Positions 25,513 to 34,014 of a DNA stretch of 64,000 bases are shown here, one piece after another. A program made the translations under genes and the position numbers. Source of the DNA: Oscillospiraceae bacterium (GTDB lineage: Bacteria; Bacillota; Clostridia; Oscillospirales; Oscillospiraceae); the NCBI GenBank assembly GCA_015068455.1, contig SVKO01000001.1, positions 489,738 through 553,737 of the forward strand, in the 5' to 3' direction. The notes under the pieces were generated by a model. The model had not been told where the DNA came from. It was given only the letters and a program-made list of their open reading frames with translations, and ran no database searches. Within the stretch, counting starts at the first letter, position 1. Each line of letters begins with the position of its first letter.

Positions 25513-26211
25513 ATGCCCAACATTTTGATCTGCGACGACGAGCGCGATATCTTAGGCGCCTTGAAAATCTATCTCTCCGATCCGGACTACACCCTCTTTG
25601 AGGCGTGTAACGGTCAGCAGGCGGTGGAGATCGTGGAGCGGGAGGACATCCATCTCGTTTTGCTGGATATCATGATGCCCGTGCTCGACGGGATCTCCGC
25701 CATGGCCCGCATACGGGAGCGCAGCAATATCCCCATCATCCTGCTCACCGCCAAGAGCGAGGATAACGACAAGATCCTCGGCCTCAACTGCGGCGCGGAC
25801 GACTACATTACCAAGCCCTTCAACCCCCTGGAGGTCACGGCCCGGGTGCGCTCGCAGCTGCGGCGCTATCTGCGCCTGGGCGGCGGGGCGGCCATGCCGG
25901 AATGCCATACCGTGGGGCCCATCGAGCTCAACGACGCGGCCAAGGCCGTCCGGGTGGACGGGGAACCGGTGGCGCTGACCCGCACGGAATATGAGATCCT
26001 CAAGCTCTTTATGACGAATCCCGGCCGGGTCTTCTCCCCGGCGGAGATCTACCGCCAGGTCTGGCACGAGGCGCCCCACGGCAGCGACAACACCGTGGCC
26101 GTCCACATCCGCCACCTGCGGGAGAAGATCGAGCTGGATCCGGCGCAGCCGCGCCATCTCAAGGTCGTCTTCGGACAGGGCTACATTCTCGAACAAGGGA
26201 GACAGCTATGA
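25513..26211 (+). CDS. OmpR/PhoB-family response regulator (TCS-1)
   Basis: 232 aa. Receiver domain (ILICDDE.., LDIMMP, LTAK) plus winged-helix output (LTRTEYEILKLFM..VAVHIRHLREKIE). Confidence 0.95.
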   Translation: MPNILICDDERDILGALKIYLSDPDYTLFEACNGQQAVEIVEREDIHLVLLDIMMPVLDGISAMARIRERSNIPIILLTAKSEDNDKILGLNCGADDYITKPFNPLEVTARVRSQLRRYLRLGGGAAMPECHTVGPIELNDAAKAVRVDGEPVALTRTEYEILKLFMTNPGRVFSPAEIYRQVWHEAPHGSDNTVAVHIRHLREKIELDPAQPRHLKVVFGQGYILEQGRQL

Positions 26212-28097
26212 AATTCTTTTACAAAACCGGGGGAAAAACCCTCGCCTTTATTCTCTGCATCCTGTGCGCCGCCATTGCCCTGGCGGCCTGCGCCGGCGCG
26301 TGCATGATGCTCAGCGAGGATTATTATACCCGCTCGGAGCGGGCGATCTATGACGACGTGATCTACGATCAGCTCATCAACGACGCGGAGCAGGTGCTCT
26401 GGGAGGCGGGCAATTCCGGCGACAGTCCGGCGGTGCTGCGCGACCGGGGAAACCTCAGCTTCATGATCCTGGAAGAGGGAGGAAGGCATATCGCCATCTC
26501 CCGGAATGCCAAGGATGCGGGGCTTGGCTATGATCCGGACAACTATACCTACAAAATCCCCTGTCAGGTGAAACGGGCGGACGACGGCAGCCTGAGCGCA
26601 TTGATCGGATACAATCCGGAACAGACGATCGAGGCCAGGGATTTTGTCGACTGCACGGTCTGCTTTCAAATCCACAGCCCCTTCACGGCGAGGGATTCCT
26701 ACGCCCGGGATGCGACCCTGGTGCACATCGCCTACGCCATGCGCTGGTGGATCTTTGTCATCGCGCTGGCAACTCTGGTCCTGGCCGTCTGGTTCTTTGT
26801 GATCCTGATGCGCGTCTCCGGCCGGGGTCCCGACGGTGCCCTCCTGCCCGGCCCCCTGGACAAGATCCCCTTTGATCTGATGCTGGCGCTGTGCGTCATC
26901 CCCCTGGGCATGTACTGCTCTTTCATGGAGGGGCAGTCGGACGGCTGGGTGGAGATCGTGAGCGGCTGCGTGGGCATGGCCGCCCTGGCCTGCATCGCCC
27001 TGGGCATGTGCATGAGCTTTGCCGGCCGGATCAAGCGGGGCACGCTTTGGAAGAACACCCTCATTTACCGCATTCTTCACGGGATCTGGAAGCTCGTGGG
27101 CAAGCTGCCGCTCATCTGGCGCACGGCGCTGCTCGTGCTGGGCGTGTGCCTGTTTGAATTCCTGGCCATCGGCCTTTCCAACGGCGAGACGGACAATCTG
27201 ATGGTCTGCTGGCTCCTGGAGAAGCTCGTGCTGGTGCCGGCTGTGCTGTATCTGGCCCTGGGTCTGCGAAAGCTCCAGGCCGGCGGCGCGGCCCTGGCGA
27301 CGGGGGATCTCAGCTACCAGACGGACACGAAGGGCCTTATCTGGGCGCTGAAAACCCACGGCGAGAATCTGAATTCGATCGCCGTGGGCATGAATCGGGC
27401 GGTGGAGGAGCGGCTGAAGAGCGAGCGGATGAAGACCGAGCTCATCACAAACGTCTCCCATGATCTCAAGACGCCCCTGACCTCCATATTGAATTATTCC
27501 GGGCTGATCGCTGCGGAGCCCTGTGAAAACGAGAAGATCACGGAGTATGCCCAGGTCCTCACCCGGCAGTCCGAGCGGCTGACCCGGCTGATCGACGACC
27601 TGGTGGAGGCGTCGAAGGCCTCCACGGGCAATCTGGATGTGCTTCTGGCGCCGGTGGAAGCCCAGGTGCTCCTCGGGCAGGCCTCCGGCGAGTACACCGA
27701 GCGCCTGGCGGCGGCGGGTCTGGAACTGGTGACAAAAATGCCGGAGGAGCCCATCCGCATCATGGCCGACGGCCGGCGGATGTGGCGGATCTTCGACAAT
27801 CTGATGAACAATATCTGCAAGTACGCCATGCCGGGCACCCGGGTCTATCTGAGCCTGGAAAAAATGGCGGACAGCGCCGTCATCACGTTTAAGAACACCT
27901 CCCGCGCGCCCCTGAACATCTCCGAGGAGGAGCTTCTGGAGCGGTTCGTCCGGGGCGACAGCGCCCGCAGCTCCGACGGCAACGGCCTGGGCCTGTCCAT
28001 CGCCCGGAGCCTGGCCGAGCTTCAGGGCGGAAAGCTCCGCCTGCACATCGACGGCGACCTGTTCAAGGCGATTTTGGTGTTTCCCGTTTGCGCATAA
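26208..28097 (+). CDS. sensor histidine kinase (TCS-1)
   Basis: 629 aa with several N-terminal TM segments. H-box ITNVSHDLKTPLTSI, N-box NLMNNICKYA, G-box GNGLGLSIA. The ATG overlaps the regulator stop (ATGA). Confidence 0.93.
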   Translation: MKFFYKTGGKTLAFILCILCAAIALAACAGACMMLSEDYYTRSERAIYDDVIYDQLINDAEQVLWEAGNSGDSPAVLRDRGNLSFMILEEGGRHIAISRNAKDAGLGYDPDNYTYKIPCQVKRADDGSLSALIGYNPEQTIEARDFVDCTVCFQIHSPFTARDSYARDATLVHIAYAMRWWIFVIALATLVLAVWFFVILMRVSGRGPDGALLPGPLDKIPFDLMLALCVIPLGMYCSFMEGQSDGWVEIVSGCVGMAALACIALGMCMSFAGRIKRGTLWKNTLIYRILHGIWKLVGKLPLIWRTALLVLGVCLFEFLAIGLSNGETDNLMVCWLLEKLVLVPAVLYLALGLRKLQAGGAALATGDLSYQTDTKGLIWALKTHGENLNSIAVGMNRAVEERLKSERMKTELITNVSHDLKTPLTSILNYSGLIAAEPCENEKITEYAQVLTRQSERLTRLIDDLVEASKASTGNLDVLLAPVEAQVLLGQASGEYTERLAAAGLELVTKMPEEPIRIMADGRRMWRIFDNLMNNICKYAMPGTRVYLSLEKMADSAVITFKNTSRAPLNISEEELLERFVRGDSARSSDGNGLGLSIARSLAELQGGKLRLHIDGDLFKAILVFPVCA

Positions 28098-28572
28098 GCT
28101 CCCGGGCCTGCTTGCCGGTGATGTGCACCGGCGTGAGCCGCAGCACCGTCAGGGCGGGGAACTGCCGGTTGATGCTCCGGTCCCTGTCCTCCGGCGCGCC
28201 GGTGGGATGGTATTTGTCCGCCAGCGCCGCCAGGGCGGCCCGGCTTTCGTCGGGGTCCGTCACTTCCTCGGCGGCGGCGAAGACGACCACGCTGCGGTAA
28301 TAGGTGGTATATTCCTCCGGGACGACCCGGTCCTGCGCCACCACGCAGAAGCTGACTTTTTCACAGGCGCGGATGGCGTCCAGCTTGTGCCCTGCCCGGG
28401 CGCAGTGGAAATAAACGCAGCCGTTGTGCCAGACATAGCTCATCGGCACCGTGTACGGCCAGCCGCCGTCGCCCAGCACGGCCAGCACGCCGGCGCTGCC
28501 TTCGCGCAGAATGGCCTCACATTCCTCCGGCGGCAGCTGCTGGGCGCCCCGCCGCATGGCTCGAAACGTCAT
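28063..28572 (-). CDS. pyridoxamine 5'-phosphate oxidase family flavoprotein (Nim-like split barrel)
   Basis: 169 aa. MRRGAQQLPPEECEAILREGSAGVLAVLGDGGWPYTVPMSYVW..VYFHCARAGHKLDAI..VSFCVV..VPEEYTTYYRSVVVF closely follows the pattern I recall for Nim/PNPOx-like proteins. Confidence 0.8.
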   Translation of the reverse strand: MTFRAMRRGAQQLPPEECEAILREGSAGVLAVLGDGGWPYTVPMSYVWHNGCVYFHCARAGHKLDAIRACEKVSFCVVAQDRVVPEEYTTYYRSVVVFAAAEEVTDPDESRAALAALADKYHPTGAPEDRDRSINRQFPALTVLRLTPVHITGKQARELMRKRETPKSP

Positions 28573-28605
28573 AAGAATACCTCCCGATCAGTTCTGAATG
28601 GTCAT

Positions 28606-28633
28606 ACGCCGGAGCGGTTATCCGCTCCGGCGT
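28606..28633. repeat. perfect 28-bp palindrome between HK-2 stop and the PNPOx-like gene start
   Basis: ACGCCGGAGCGG-TTAT-CCGCTCCGGCGT. No T-run on either side. It lies between a TATACT hexamer (minus strand, 28643-28638) and the RBS of the PNPOx-like gene. Confidence 0.7.
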
Positions 28634-28663
28634 TATCAGTATAGCATAGGGGCGGAAAAAACG

Positions 28664-29965
28664 CTACAGCGTCTGGAAAAGCACGGTGAAAACGGTGCCC
28701 GCTTCTTCGCTGCTGCGGACCCGGATCTCCGCGTCCAGCAGATCGCAGACCCCCTTGACGATGGGCAGGCCCAGGCCGTGGCCCCGGCTGCCGGATCTTG
28801 CCTTGTCGCCCCGGTAGAACCGCTCAAAGACGTGGGGCAGGTCCTCCGGCGCGATGGTGCTGCCGGCGTTGCGCACCGTGAGCATGGCGCGCCTGCGCTC
28901 CCGGGTCAGGGAAACGGATACCGCGCCGCCGTCGGGCTCGTATTTGAGGGCGTTTTCGATGAGGCCCGAGAGGATGCGCATACAGTGTTCCTCCGTGGCG
29001 CTGATCCGGATGTCCGGGGCGACGTCCGATTCCACGGTGATCCCCCGCTCGTAGGCCACCGAATCCAGCTGCAGCACGCTTTTCTCGGCGCAGGCGGAGA
29101 GGTTGACCTCGGTCTTCTCCACCGTCTGATTGACCGATTCCAGAGAGGACAGGGTCAGCATCTGCTCGACCATATCCATCATGTTCCGCGCGGCGGCGTC
29201 GGAGGCATCGATCCACTGCATCTGCTCGCCCGCGGTCAGCTCGGGATTGGAGCGCAGGATGGCGTCGTTGGCCAGCACCACGGTGATGGGCGTCTTGAGA
29301 TCGTGGGAAATATCCGCCACGAACTGCCGCTCCATCTCCACCGCCTGCTCCATGGGGCGGGCCGCCAGCTTGGAAAGCCACAGGCTGAGGAAAAACAGAA
29401 CGCACAGAGCCAGGGGATAGGCGATCATCAGCACGCTGAGGTTGCTCAGCACGCGGCTGCGGAGATAGTCGGTGCGGGTCAGGGCGAGCTTTATGCTGTC
29501 GTCGCCCTCTTTCATATAATAGTAGCCCTGCACCAGGCCGAAGGATTCCTGCGCGTCCAGCGCCGCCCTTGCCGCCGCGAGGAGCTCGTCGCTGTCGGAT
29601 ATCTGCCCGCCGGGCATGACGGTGAGGGCGTCGTCTTCCGGATCATAGAACACCGTGGCGATCCGGGCGTCGCGGAACCGGCCCATCGGGGGCGTGTCCT
29701 CGCGGTCAAAATCGTCGTCCGGCTCAAAGTCTTCGTCCGGCGCAAAATCGTCGTCCTCCGGGCGCTGGCCCGGGCCGGGATTTCCGGGACGGAAGTCGTC
29801 GCCCACCATGCGCCAGGGCTCCAGGACCATGCCCATGGTCCGGCGCATGTCCTGGTACTCGTTGCGGTAGACAACGATCCCCTGCATGATCAGCGCCAGC
29901 AGCAGCACCAGGGCGATGAGGGCCATGGTGATGGCGACGAAGCGCCGGCGGTAAGCGGTCAGCAT
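28664..29965 (-). CDS. sensor histidine kinase (TCS-2)
   Basis: 433 aa with two TM helices flanking an ~145-aa external loop. H-box FVADISHDLKTPITVV, N-box LIENALKY, G-box GHGLGLPIV. Confidence 0.93.
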   Translation of the reverse strand: MLTAYRRRFVAITMALIALVLLLALIMQGIVVYRNEYQDMRRTMGMVLEPWRMVGDDFRPGNPGPGQRPEDDDFAPDEDFEPDDDFDREDTPPMGRFRDARIATVFYDPEDDALTVMPGGQISDSDELLAAARAALDAQESFGLVQGYYYMKEGDDSIKLALTRTDYLRSRVLSNLSVLMIAYPLALCVLFFLSLWLSKLAARPMEQAVEMERQFVADISHDLKTPITVVLANDAILRSNPELTAGEQMQWIDASDAAARNMMDMVEQMLTLSSLESVNQTVEKTEVNLSACAEKSVLQLDSVAYERGITVESDVAPDIRISATEEHCMRILSGLIENALKYEPDGGAVSVSLTRERRRAMLTVRNAGSTIAPEDLPHVFERFYRGDKARSGSRGHGLGLPIVKGVCDLLDAEIRVRSSEEAGTVFTVLFQTL

Positions 29966-30636
29966 TCGCCCACCTCCAGTCGGTAGCCAATGCGCTGGAG
30001 CTTGCGGATGGAGACCCGGGAGCCGAGGTACTTGAGCTTCTTGCGGAGGAAGGAGATATACACCTCCACATTGTTGTCGGTGGCTTCGGAGTCGATGCCC
30101 CAGGCGTTGGCGATCAGGGTATCGGTGGCAATGGTCATGGTGGGATTATAGAGGAAGGTCTTGAGCACGGCAAATTCCTTGCGGCTGAGCTGCACGGAAT
30201 CGTCCCCGCACAGGAGCTTCGCCGAGCCCAGCTCCAGGGTCAGATCCTCAAAGCGCACCGTGTCCACCAGCACTTCGCCGGTGCGGCGGGTCAGCGCGCC
30301 CACCCGGGCCAGCAGCTCGTCGGTATCGAAGGGCTTGGTCAGATAGTCGTCCGCGCCGCAGTTGAGACCCTGGACCTTGTCGGCGGTGGCGGTGCGGGCG
30401 GTGAGCATGAGGATGGGGGTATGGACCCCCTCCCGGCGCAGGGCGCGCACGACCTCAAAGCCGTCGCGCTTCGGCAGCATCACATCCAGGATGATCAGAC
30501 TGTAGTTCACGGATGTGGCGTAATCCACGGCGCTGTCGCCGTCGTATACCGCATCCGCAAAATAGCCCCGCTGCTCCAGGAGCTTTTTGATGGCGTTGGA
30601 AAGCGCAAGCTCGTCCTCTACGATCAGAATCTGCAT
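29959..30636 (-). CDS. OmpR/PhoB-family response regulator (TCS-2)
   Basis: Start reset to ATG 30636 (MQILIVEDE; AAGGAGGG RBS 6-7 nt upstream). Receiver plus winged-helix (LSRKEFAVLKTFL..VEVYISFLRKKL). Overlaps the HK-2 start by 7 nt. Confidence 0.93.
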   Translation of the reverse strand: MQILIVEDELALSNAIKKLLEQRGYFADAVYDGDSAVDYATSVNYSLIILDVMLPKRDGFEVVRALRREGVHTPILMLTARTATADKVQGLNCGADDYLTKPFDTDELLARVGALTRRTGEVLVDTVRFEDLTLELGSAKLLCGDDSVQLSRKEFAVLKTFLYNPTMTIATDTLIANAWGIDSEATDNNVEVYISFLRKKLKYLGSRVSIRKLQRIGYRLEVGEC

Positions 30637-30690
30637 GGAAAGCCCTCCTTTCATTCTTATTATAATATGTTACGCCCCGATCTGAAATAG

Positions 30691-30732
30691 TTCTTAAAAA
30701 TCTTTTTTGTATTTTTCAAAACTTTTTAAGAA
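30691..30732. promoter_or_regulatory. inverted repeat in the divergent TCS-2 / Cthe_2159 promoter region
   Basis: TTCTTAAAAA (30691-30700) and TTTTTAAGAA (30723-30732), perfect 10-bp inverted arms 22 nt apart. They end 8 nt before TATAAT (30741-30746), which has no good -35. Confidence 0.4.
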
Positions 30733-30785
30733 TTCCTCCCTATAATGGCGATCAGAAAGAATCCCGGAACAAAGGAGGATGACTT

Positions 30786-32525
30786 ATGAAACAGTTTTTG
30801 AAACGATTCCGGATCCCGTTGATCGTTGTCGGCGTGCTGTGCCTGCTGTCGGCGACGGCGCTGATCACCCATCGGGCATACGCCGTGAAATCGGCGCAGG
30901 ACGAAGGGAAAAGCACACAGAGCCCGCAGACGGACGGCGGCGCGCAGACCGCGCAGGAGGATAACGGCGCGCAGACCCAGCAGACGGAGAGCACGCAGAC
31001 GCCGGAGATCGATGCGGCCGAGGCCGTATCCATCGTCTTTTCCGACGGCGGCGTGCAGACAGCCGCAAATGAAGACGCCGTCAAGGTGGAGGGCACGGAC
31101 GTGACCATCCGCGCATCGGGCGCCTATACCCTGAGCGGAAGCTGCGCAGACGGCTCCGTGACCGTCAAAAAGGAGACGAAGGGCGTGACGCTGATCCTCG
31201 ACGGTCTGAACCTCACCGCCGACAATACCGCCGCCATCTCCTGCAACAAAGGGACGGAGGTCACCATTCTGACCGCCGACGGCACCGTCAGCACCCTGGC
31301 GGACACCGAGAAAAACAATGACGAAACGAATCCGGCCAACGAGCTTGCCGAAAACGCCGTGATCAAATGCAAGGACGGCGCCCAGGTGCGCCTGGGCGGG
31401 ACGGGGACCCTCAACATCCTGGCCAACGGCAAAAACGGCGTCAAGGCCGGCGCGTCCACGGAGGAGCTGGGCGAGGCGAGCCTCACGATCTCCGATCTGA
31501 CGCTCAGCGTCACCGCGCCCAACGACGGCATCAAGGCCGACAGTGCCCTGACGATCTCCGGCGGCAGGATCACCGTCAGCGCCGGGGATGACGCCGTGCG
31601 CAGCGATACCGCCGTCACCATCGGCGCGGAGGGGACGGACGGCCCGACCCTGGAAATCAGCGGCTGCACCGAAGGCATTGAGGCGCCGCAGGTCACGCTC
31701 CTGTCCGGCGACGTGCGCATTCAGGCCGAGGACGACGGGATCAACGCCTCCGGCGGCGACGCGGCGTCGGATCTCACCGTAGCCGGCGGTACGCTGCTGG
31801 TGGATGTGGCGCAGGGCGACGGCCTGGATTCCAACGGGAGTCTGAACATCACCGGCGGCGACGTGCGGGTCTTCTCCTCGTCCCGCAGCGACAATTCTCC
31901 CATCGACAGCGACGGAGAGCTGAGCATCACCGGCGGTACGGTGCTGGCCGTCGGCGCGTCCGGCATGGCCCAGGCCCCCAATGCGAGCGCCCAGACCTAT
32001 GTGGTATTCAGCGCCGGCAACAGCGTCGGCGGACCCGGAGGCGGCTTCGGCGGCGGCGCAAACGCGGCCGGCGCCGGATTCTCCCTCGCGGCGGGGGACA
32101 AGGTGCAGATCACGGATGAAAACGGCAATGTGCTTGCCGAGACCGAAGCCCTGCGCCAGGCGGACTATGTGTATTTCACCGCGCCGGAGCTCGCCGACGG
32201 ACAGACCTGCACCCTGAGCGTCAACGGGCAGAGCGTGGGAACGGCCCAGGCCACCGAGGAGCTCGGCGCCTTCGGCGGCATGGCCGGCGGCGGAAACCGG
32301 CCCGGCAAGCCCGGCGGCGGGAACTTCGACGCGCAGAACATGCCCCAGATGCCCGAAGGGGACTTCGATCCCGAGAATATGCCCCAGCCGCCCGAAGGGG
32401 AGTTCGATCCCGAAAACCGGCCGCAGCCGCCGGACGGCAATTTCGGCAGCAGGCCCCAGCGTCCCGGCGGCATGGACGGACAGACGGGCGCCACCCCGGA
32501 CGCCGACGGGGAAAAAGAAGCCTGA
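30786..32525 (+). CDS. Cthe_2159-family carbohydrate-binding beta-helix protein, membrane-anchored/secreted
   Basis: 579 aa. N-terminal anchor IPLIVVGVLCLLSATALI. Repeated beta-helix rungs (LTISGGRITVSAGDDAVRSD, GIEAPQVTLLSGDVRIQAEDDGINASGGD, LNITGGDVRVFSS). C-terminal G/P/acidic repeat tail (PEGDFDPENMPQPPEGEFDPENRPQPPDGNF). Confidence 0.82.
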   Translation: MKQFLKRFRIPLIVVGVLCLLSATALITHRAYAVKSAQDEGKSTQSPQTDGGAQTAQEDNGAQTQQTESTQTPEIDAAEAVSIVFSDGGVQTAANEDAVKVEGTDVTIRASGAYTLSGSCADGSVTVKKETKGVTLILDGLNLTADNTAAISCNKGTEVTILTADGTVSTLADTEKNNDETNPANELAENAVIKCKDGAQVRLGGTGTLNILANGKNGVKAGASTEELGEASLTISDLTLSVTAPNDGIKADSALTISGGRITVSAGDDAVRSDTAVTIGAEGTDGPTLEISGCTEGIEAPQVTLLSGDVRIQAEDDGINASGGDAASDLTVAGGTLLVDVAQGDGLDSNGSLNITGGDVRVFSSSRSDNSPIDSDGELSITGGTVLAVGASGMAQAPNASAQTYVVFSAGNSVGGPGGGFGGGANAAGAGFSLAAGDKVQITDENGNVLAETEALRQADYVYFTAPELADGQTCTLSVNGQSVGTAQATEELGAFGGMAGGGNRPGKPGGGNFDAQNMPQMPEGDFDPENMPQPPEGEFDPENRPQPPDGNFGSRPQRPGGMDGQTGATPDADGEKEA

Positions 32526-32532
32526 CAAATCA

Positions 32533-32575
32533 CGCAGGGCCTGCAAAACGCGGGCCCTGCGTTCGTTGTATTTTG
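32533..32575 (+). terminator. probable intrinsic terminator
   Basis: CGCAGGGCC-loop-GGCCCTGCG followed by TTCGTTGTATTTT. Confidence 0.6.
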
Positions 32576-32590
32576 TCGAAAGCAGGGGGA

Positions 32591-32619
32591 TTGACAGGGC
32601 GAAAAACGGGTGATAATAT
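32591..32619 (+). promoter_or_regulatory. sigma-A promoter of the DUF2752-CD225 pair
   Basis: TTGACA (32591-32596), 17 nt, TAATAT (32614-32619), with TGA just upstream (extended -10). Confidence 0.65.
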
Positions 32620-32683
32620 CAATCTGTAAGGAAGTGTTTTAAGATGGAGCGGCCGGGACCGCCGGTCCCGCCGGTCCCGCGGT

Positions 32684-33106
32684 TTGGATGGTTTCAACAT
32701 GAACGCTCGACTGCCCCGCTGGAAACGGATTCTCTTAGGCCTTGCCCTGCCGGCGGCGGGGGCGCTGGTCCTGCTTTACATGCGCCTGGGCGGCGCCGGG
32801 CTGAAGTGTCCCGTTTACGAGCTGACAGGGCTGTACTGTCCCGGCTGCGGATCGGGCCGTGCGGTCTACAGCGCCCTGCATGGCCGATTCGCCGAAAGTT
32901 TTCGATATAATCCGGTTTTGTACATTTTAGGGATTCCCGCCGCAGCCGTGTTCCTGCATGAGTATCTGCGGCTGGTTTTTCCCGGACTGGGCCTGCGCCC
33001 GGTGCATATCTCCCGGGGCGTCGCCCTGGGGGTGACGCTGGCGCTGCTGGTCTGGATGATCGTCCGTAATCTCCCCATGTGCTCTTTCCTGGCTCCCGCC
33101 GGGTAA
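32684..33106 (+). CDS. DUF2752 domain membrane protein
   Basis: 140 aa. Signature CPVYELTGLYCPGCGSGRA followed by 3 TM helices. The start could instead be the ATG at 32699. Confidence 0.82.
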   Translation: MDGFNMNARLPRWKRILLGLALPAAGALVLLYMRLGGAGLKCPVYELTGLYCPGCGSGRAVYSALHGRFAESFRYNPVLYILGIPAAAVFLHEYLRLVFPGLGLRPVHISRGVALGVTLALLVWMIVRNLPMCSFLAPAG

Positions 33107-33133
33107 TACAAATTTGAATTAGGAGGAAGAATT

Positions 33134-33709
33134 ATGGCAGTATGTACCAATTGCGGGACCCCCAATCCCGACGGCAGCAAATTCTGCACCGGATGCGGCG
33201 CGCCCCTGGTCGGGACGGAAGCCGCAGCTGCCGCCGCAGCCGCCGCAGCGGCAGTAATCCCGGAAGCGCCCGCCGCGCCGGAGATCCCCGTGCCCGCAGA
33301 GCCCGCCGCGCCGGAAGCCCCGGCGCCCGCCCAGCCCGAGTCCCCCGTGCCCGAGCTCACCCTCAATCCGCCCCAGCCCACCTACACCCCGCCCCAGCCG
33401 GATTTCAGCGCACCCCAGCCCGCCTATACCCCGCCGCAGCCCGACTTCAGCGCGCCCCAGGCGCCCGCGCCCGTGGCGACCGGCGGTCTGCTGGCCTGGG
33501 CCATCATTTCGATTCTGCTGTGCCTCTTCCCCGGCATTGTCGCGCTCCTCAATGTTCTGCGCGTCAACAAGTGCGCCACGGTCGAAGAGCAGCAGCGCGC
33601 GCTCTCCCAGGCCAGAACCTGGTGCATCGTCGCTACCGTGCTCGGCGGCCTGTACCTGATTTATACGATCGTCACCGGCGGCGGCGCTGCCGCGAGGCTC
33701 CTCGGCTGA
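33134..33709 (+). CDS. zinc-ribbon / proline-rich / CD225 (dispanin, IFITM-like) membrane protein
   Basis: 191 aa with an AGGAGG RBS. N-terminal CTNCGTPNPDGSKFCTGCG zinc ribbon, an Ala run, PQPDFSAPQPAYTPPQPDFSAPQ repeats, then the CD225 two-helix module (WAIISILLCLFPGIVALLNVLRV .. WCIVATVLGGLYLIY). Confidence 0.82.
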   Translation: MAVCTNCGTPNPDGSKFCTGCGAPLVGTEAAAAAAAAAAAVIPEAPAAPEIPVPAEPAAPEAPAPAQPESPVPELTLNPPQPTYTPPQPDFSAPQPAYTPPQPDFSAPQAPAPVATGGLLAWAIISILLCLFPGIVALLNVLRVNKCATVEEQQRALSQARTWCIVATVLGGLYLIYTIVTGGGAAARLLG

Positions 33710-33722
33710 TTGCTGTTTCCCA

Positions 33723-33755
33723 ATCCTCCCTGACAAAAGTCAGGGAGGATTTTTG
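33723..33755 (+). terminator. intrinsic terminator
   Basis: ATCCTCCCTGAC-aaaa-GTCAGGGAGGAT perfect 12-bp stem followed by TTTTTG. Confidence 0.85.
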
Positions 33756-33816
33756 TATGTTATTCATAAAAAACGCGAGAAAAAGGGCGCAAACAGGAGA
33801 ATCTGTACAAAAGGGA

Positions 33817-33845
33817 TTGAAAATTTTTCCTTTTCGGTGTACAAT
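33817..33845 (+). promoter_or_regulatory. sigma-A promoter of the giant glycosidase gene
   Basis: TTGAAA (33817-33822), 17 nt, TACAAT (33840-33845). Confidence 0.6.
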
Positions 33846-33922
33846 ATCCACAGTGTCATCCTGCGGCGGCGGCGCCTTTGCGACAGCGCATTTACGGGCC
33901 GATTCCACCGGCCTGCACGTCA

Positions 33923-33948
33923 AAAACCGCCTTGGAGGGGGCGGTTTT
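33923..33948 (+). promoter_or_regulatory. weak terminator-like hairpin in the ~165-nt leader (possible attenuator)
   Basis: AAAACCGCC-ttggaggg-GGCGGTTTT. Only 5 GC pairs and a 4-T run, so it is weak. Confidence 0.25.
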
Positions 33949-34014
33949 CGATCCCGGCAGGATATCCCGAGGCTGCCTCGCCGCATCGAGATCTGCACAG
34001 AAAGGAGAAATAAA

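Noticed and set aside
33142-34014. N-terminal 291-aa extension of the giant ORF
   Set aside because: It overlaps the well-supported CD225 gene out of frame and crosses a strong terminator (33723-33755) and a promoter. The translation is R/P-rich nonsense. A canonical RBS plus signal peptide occur at 34015.
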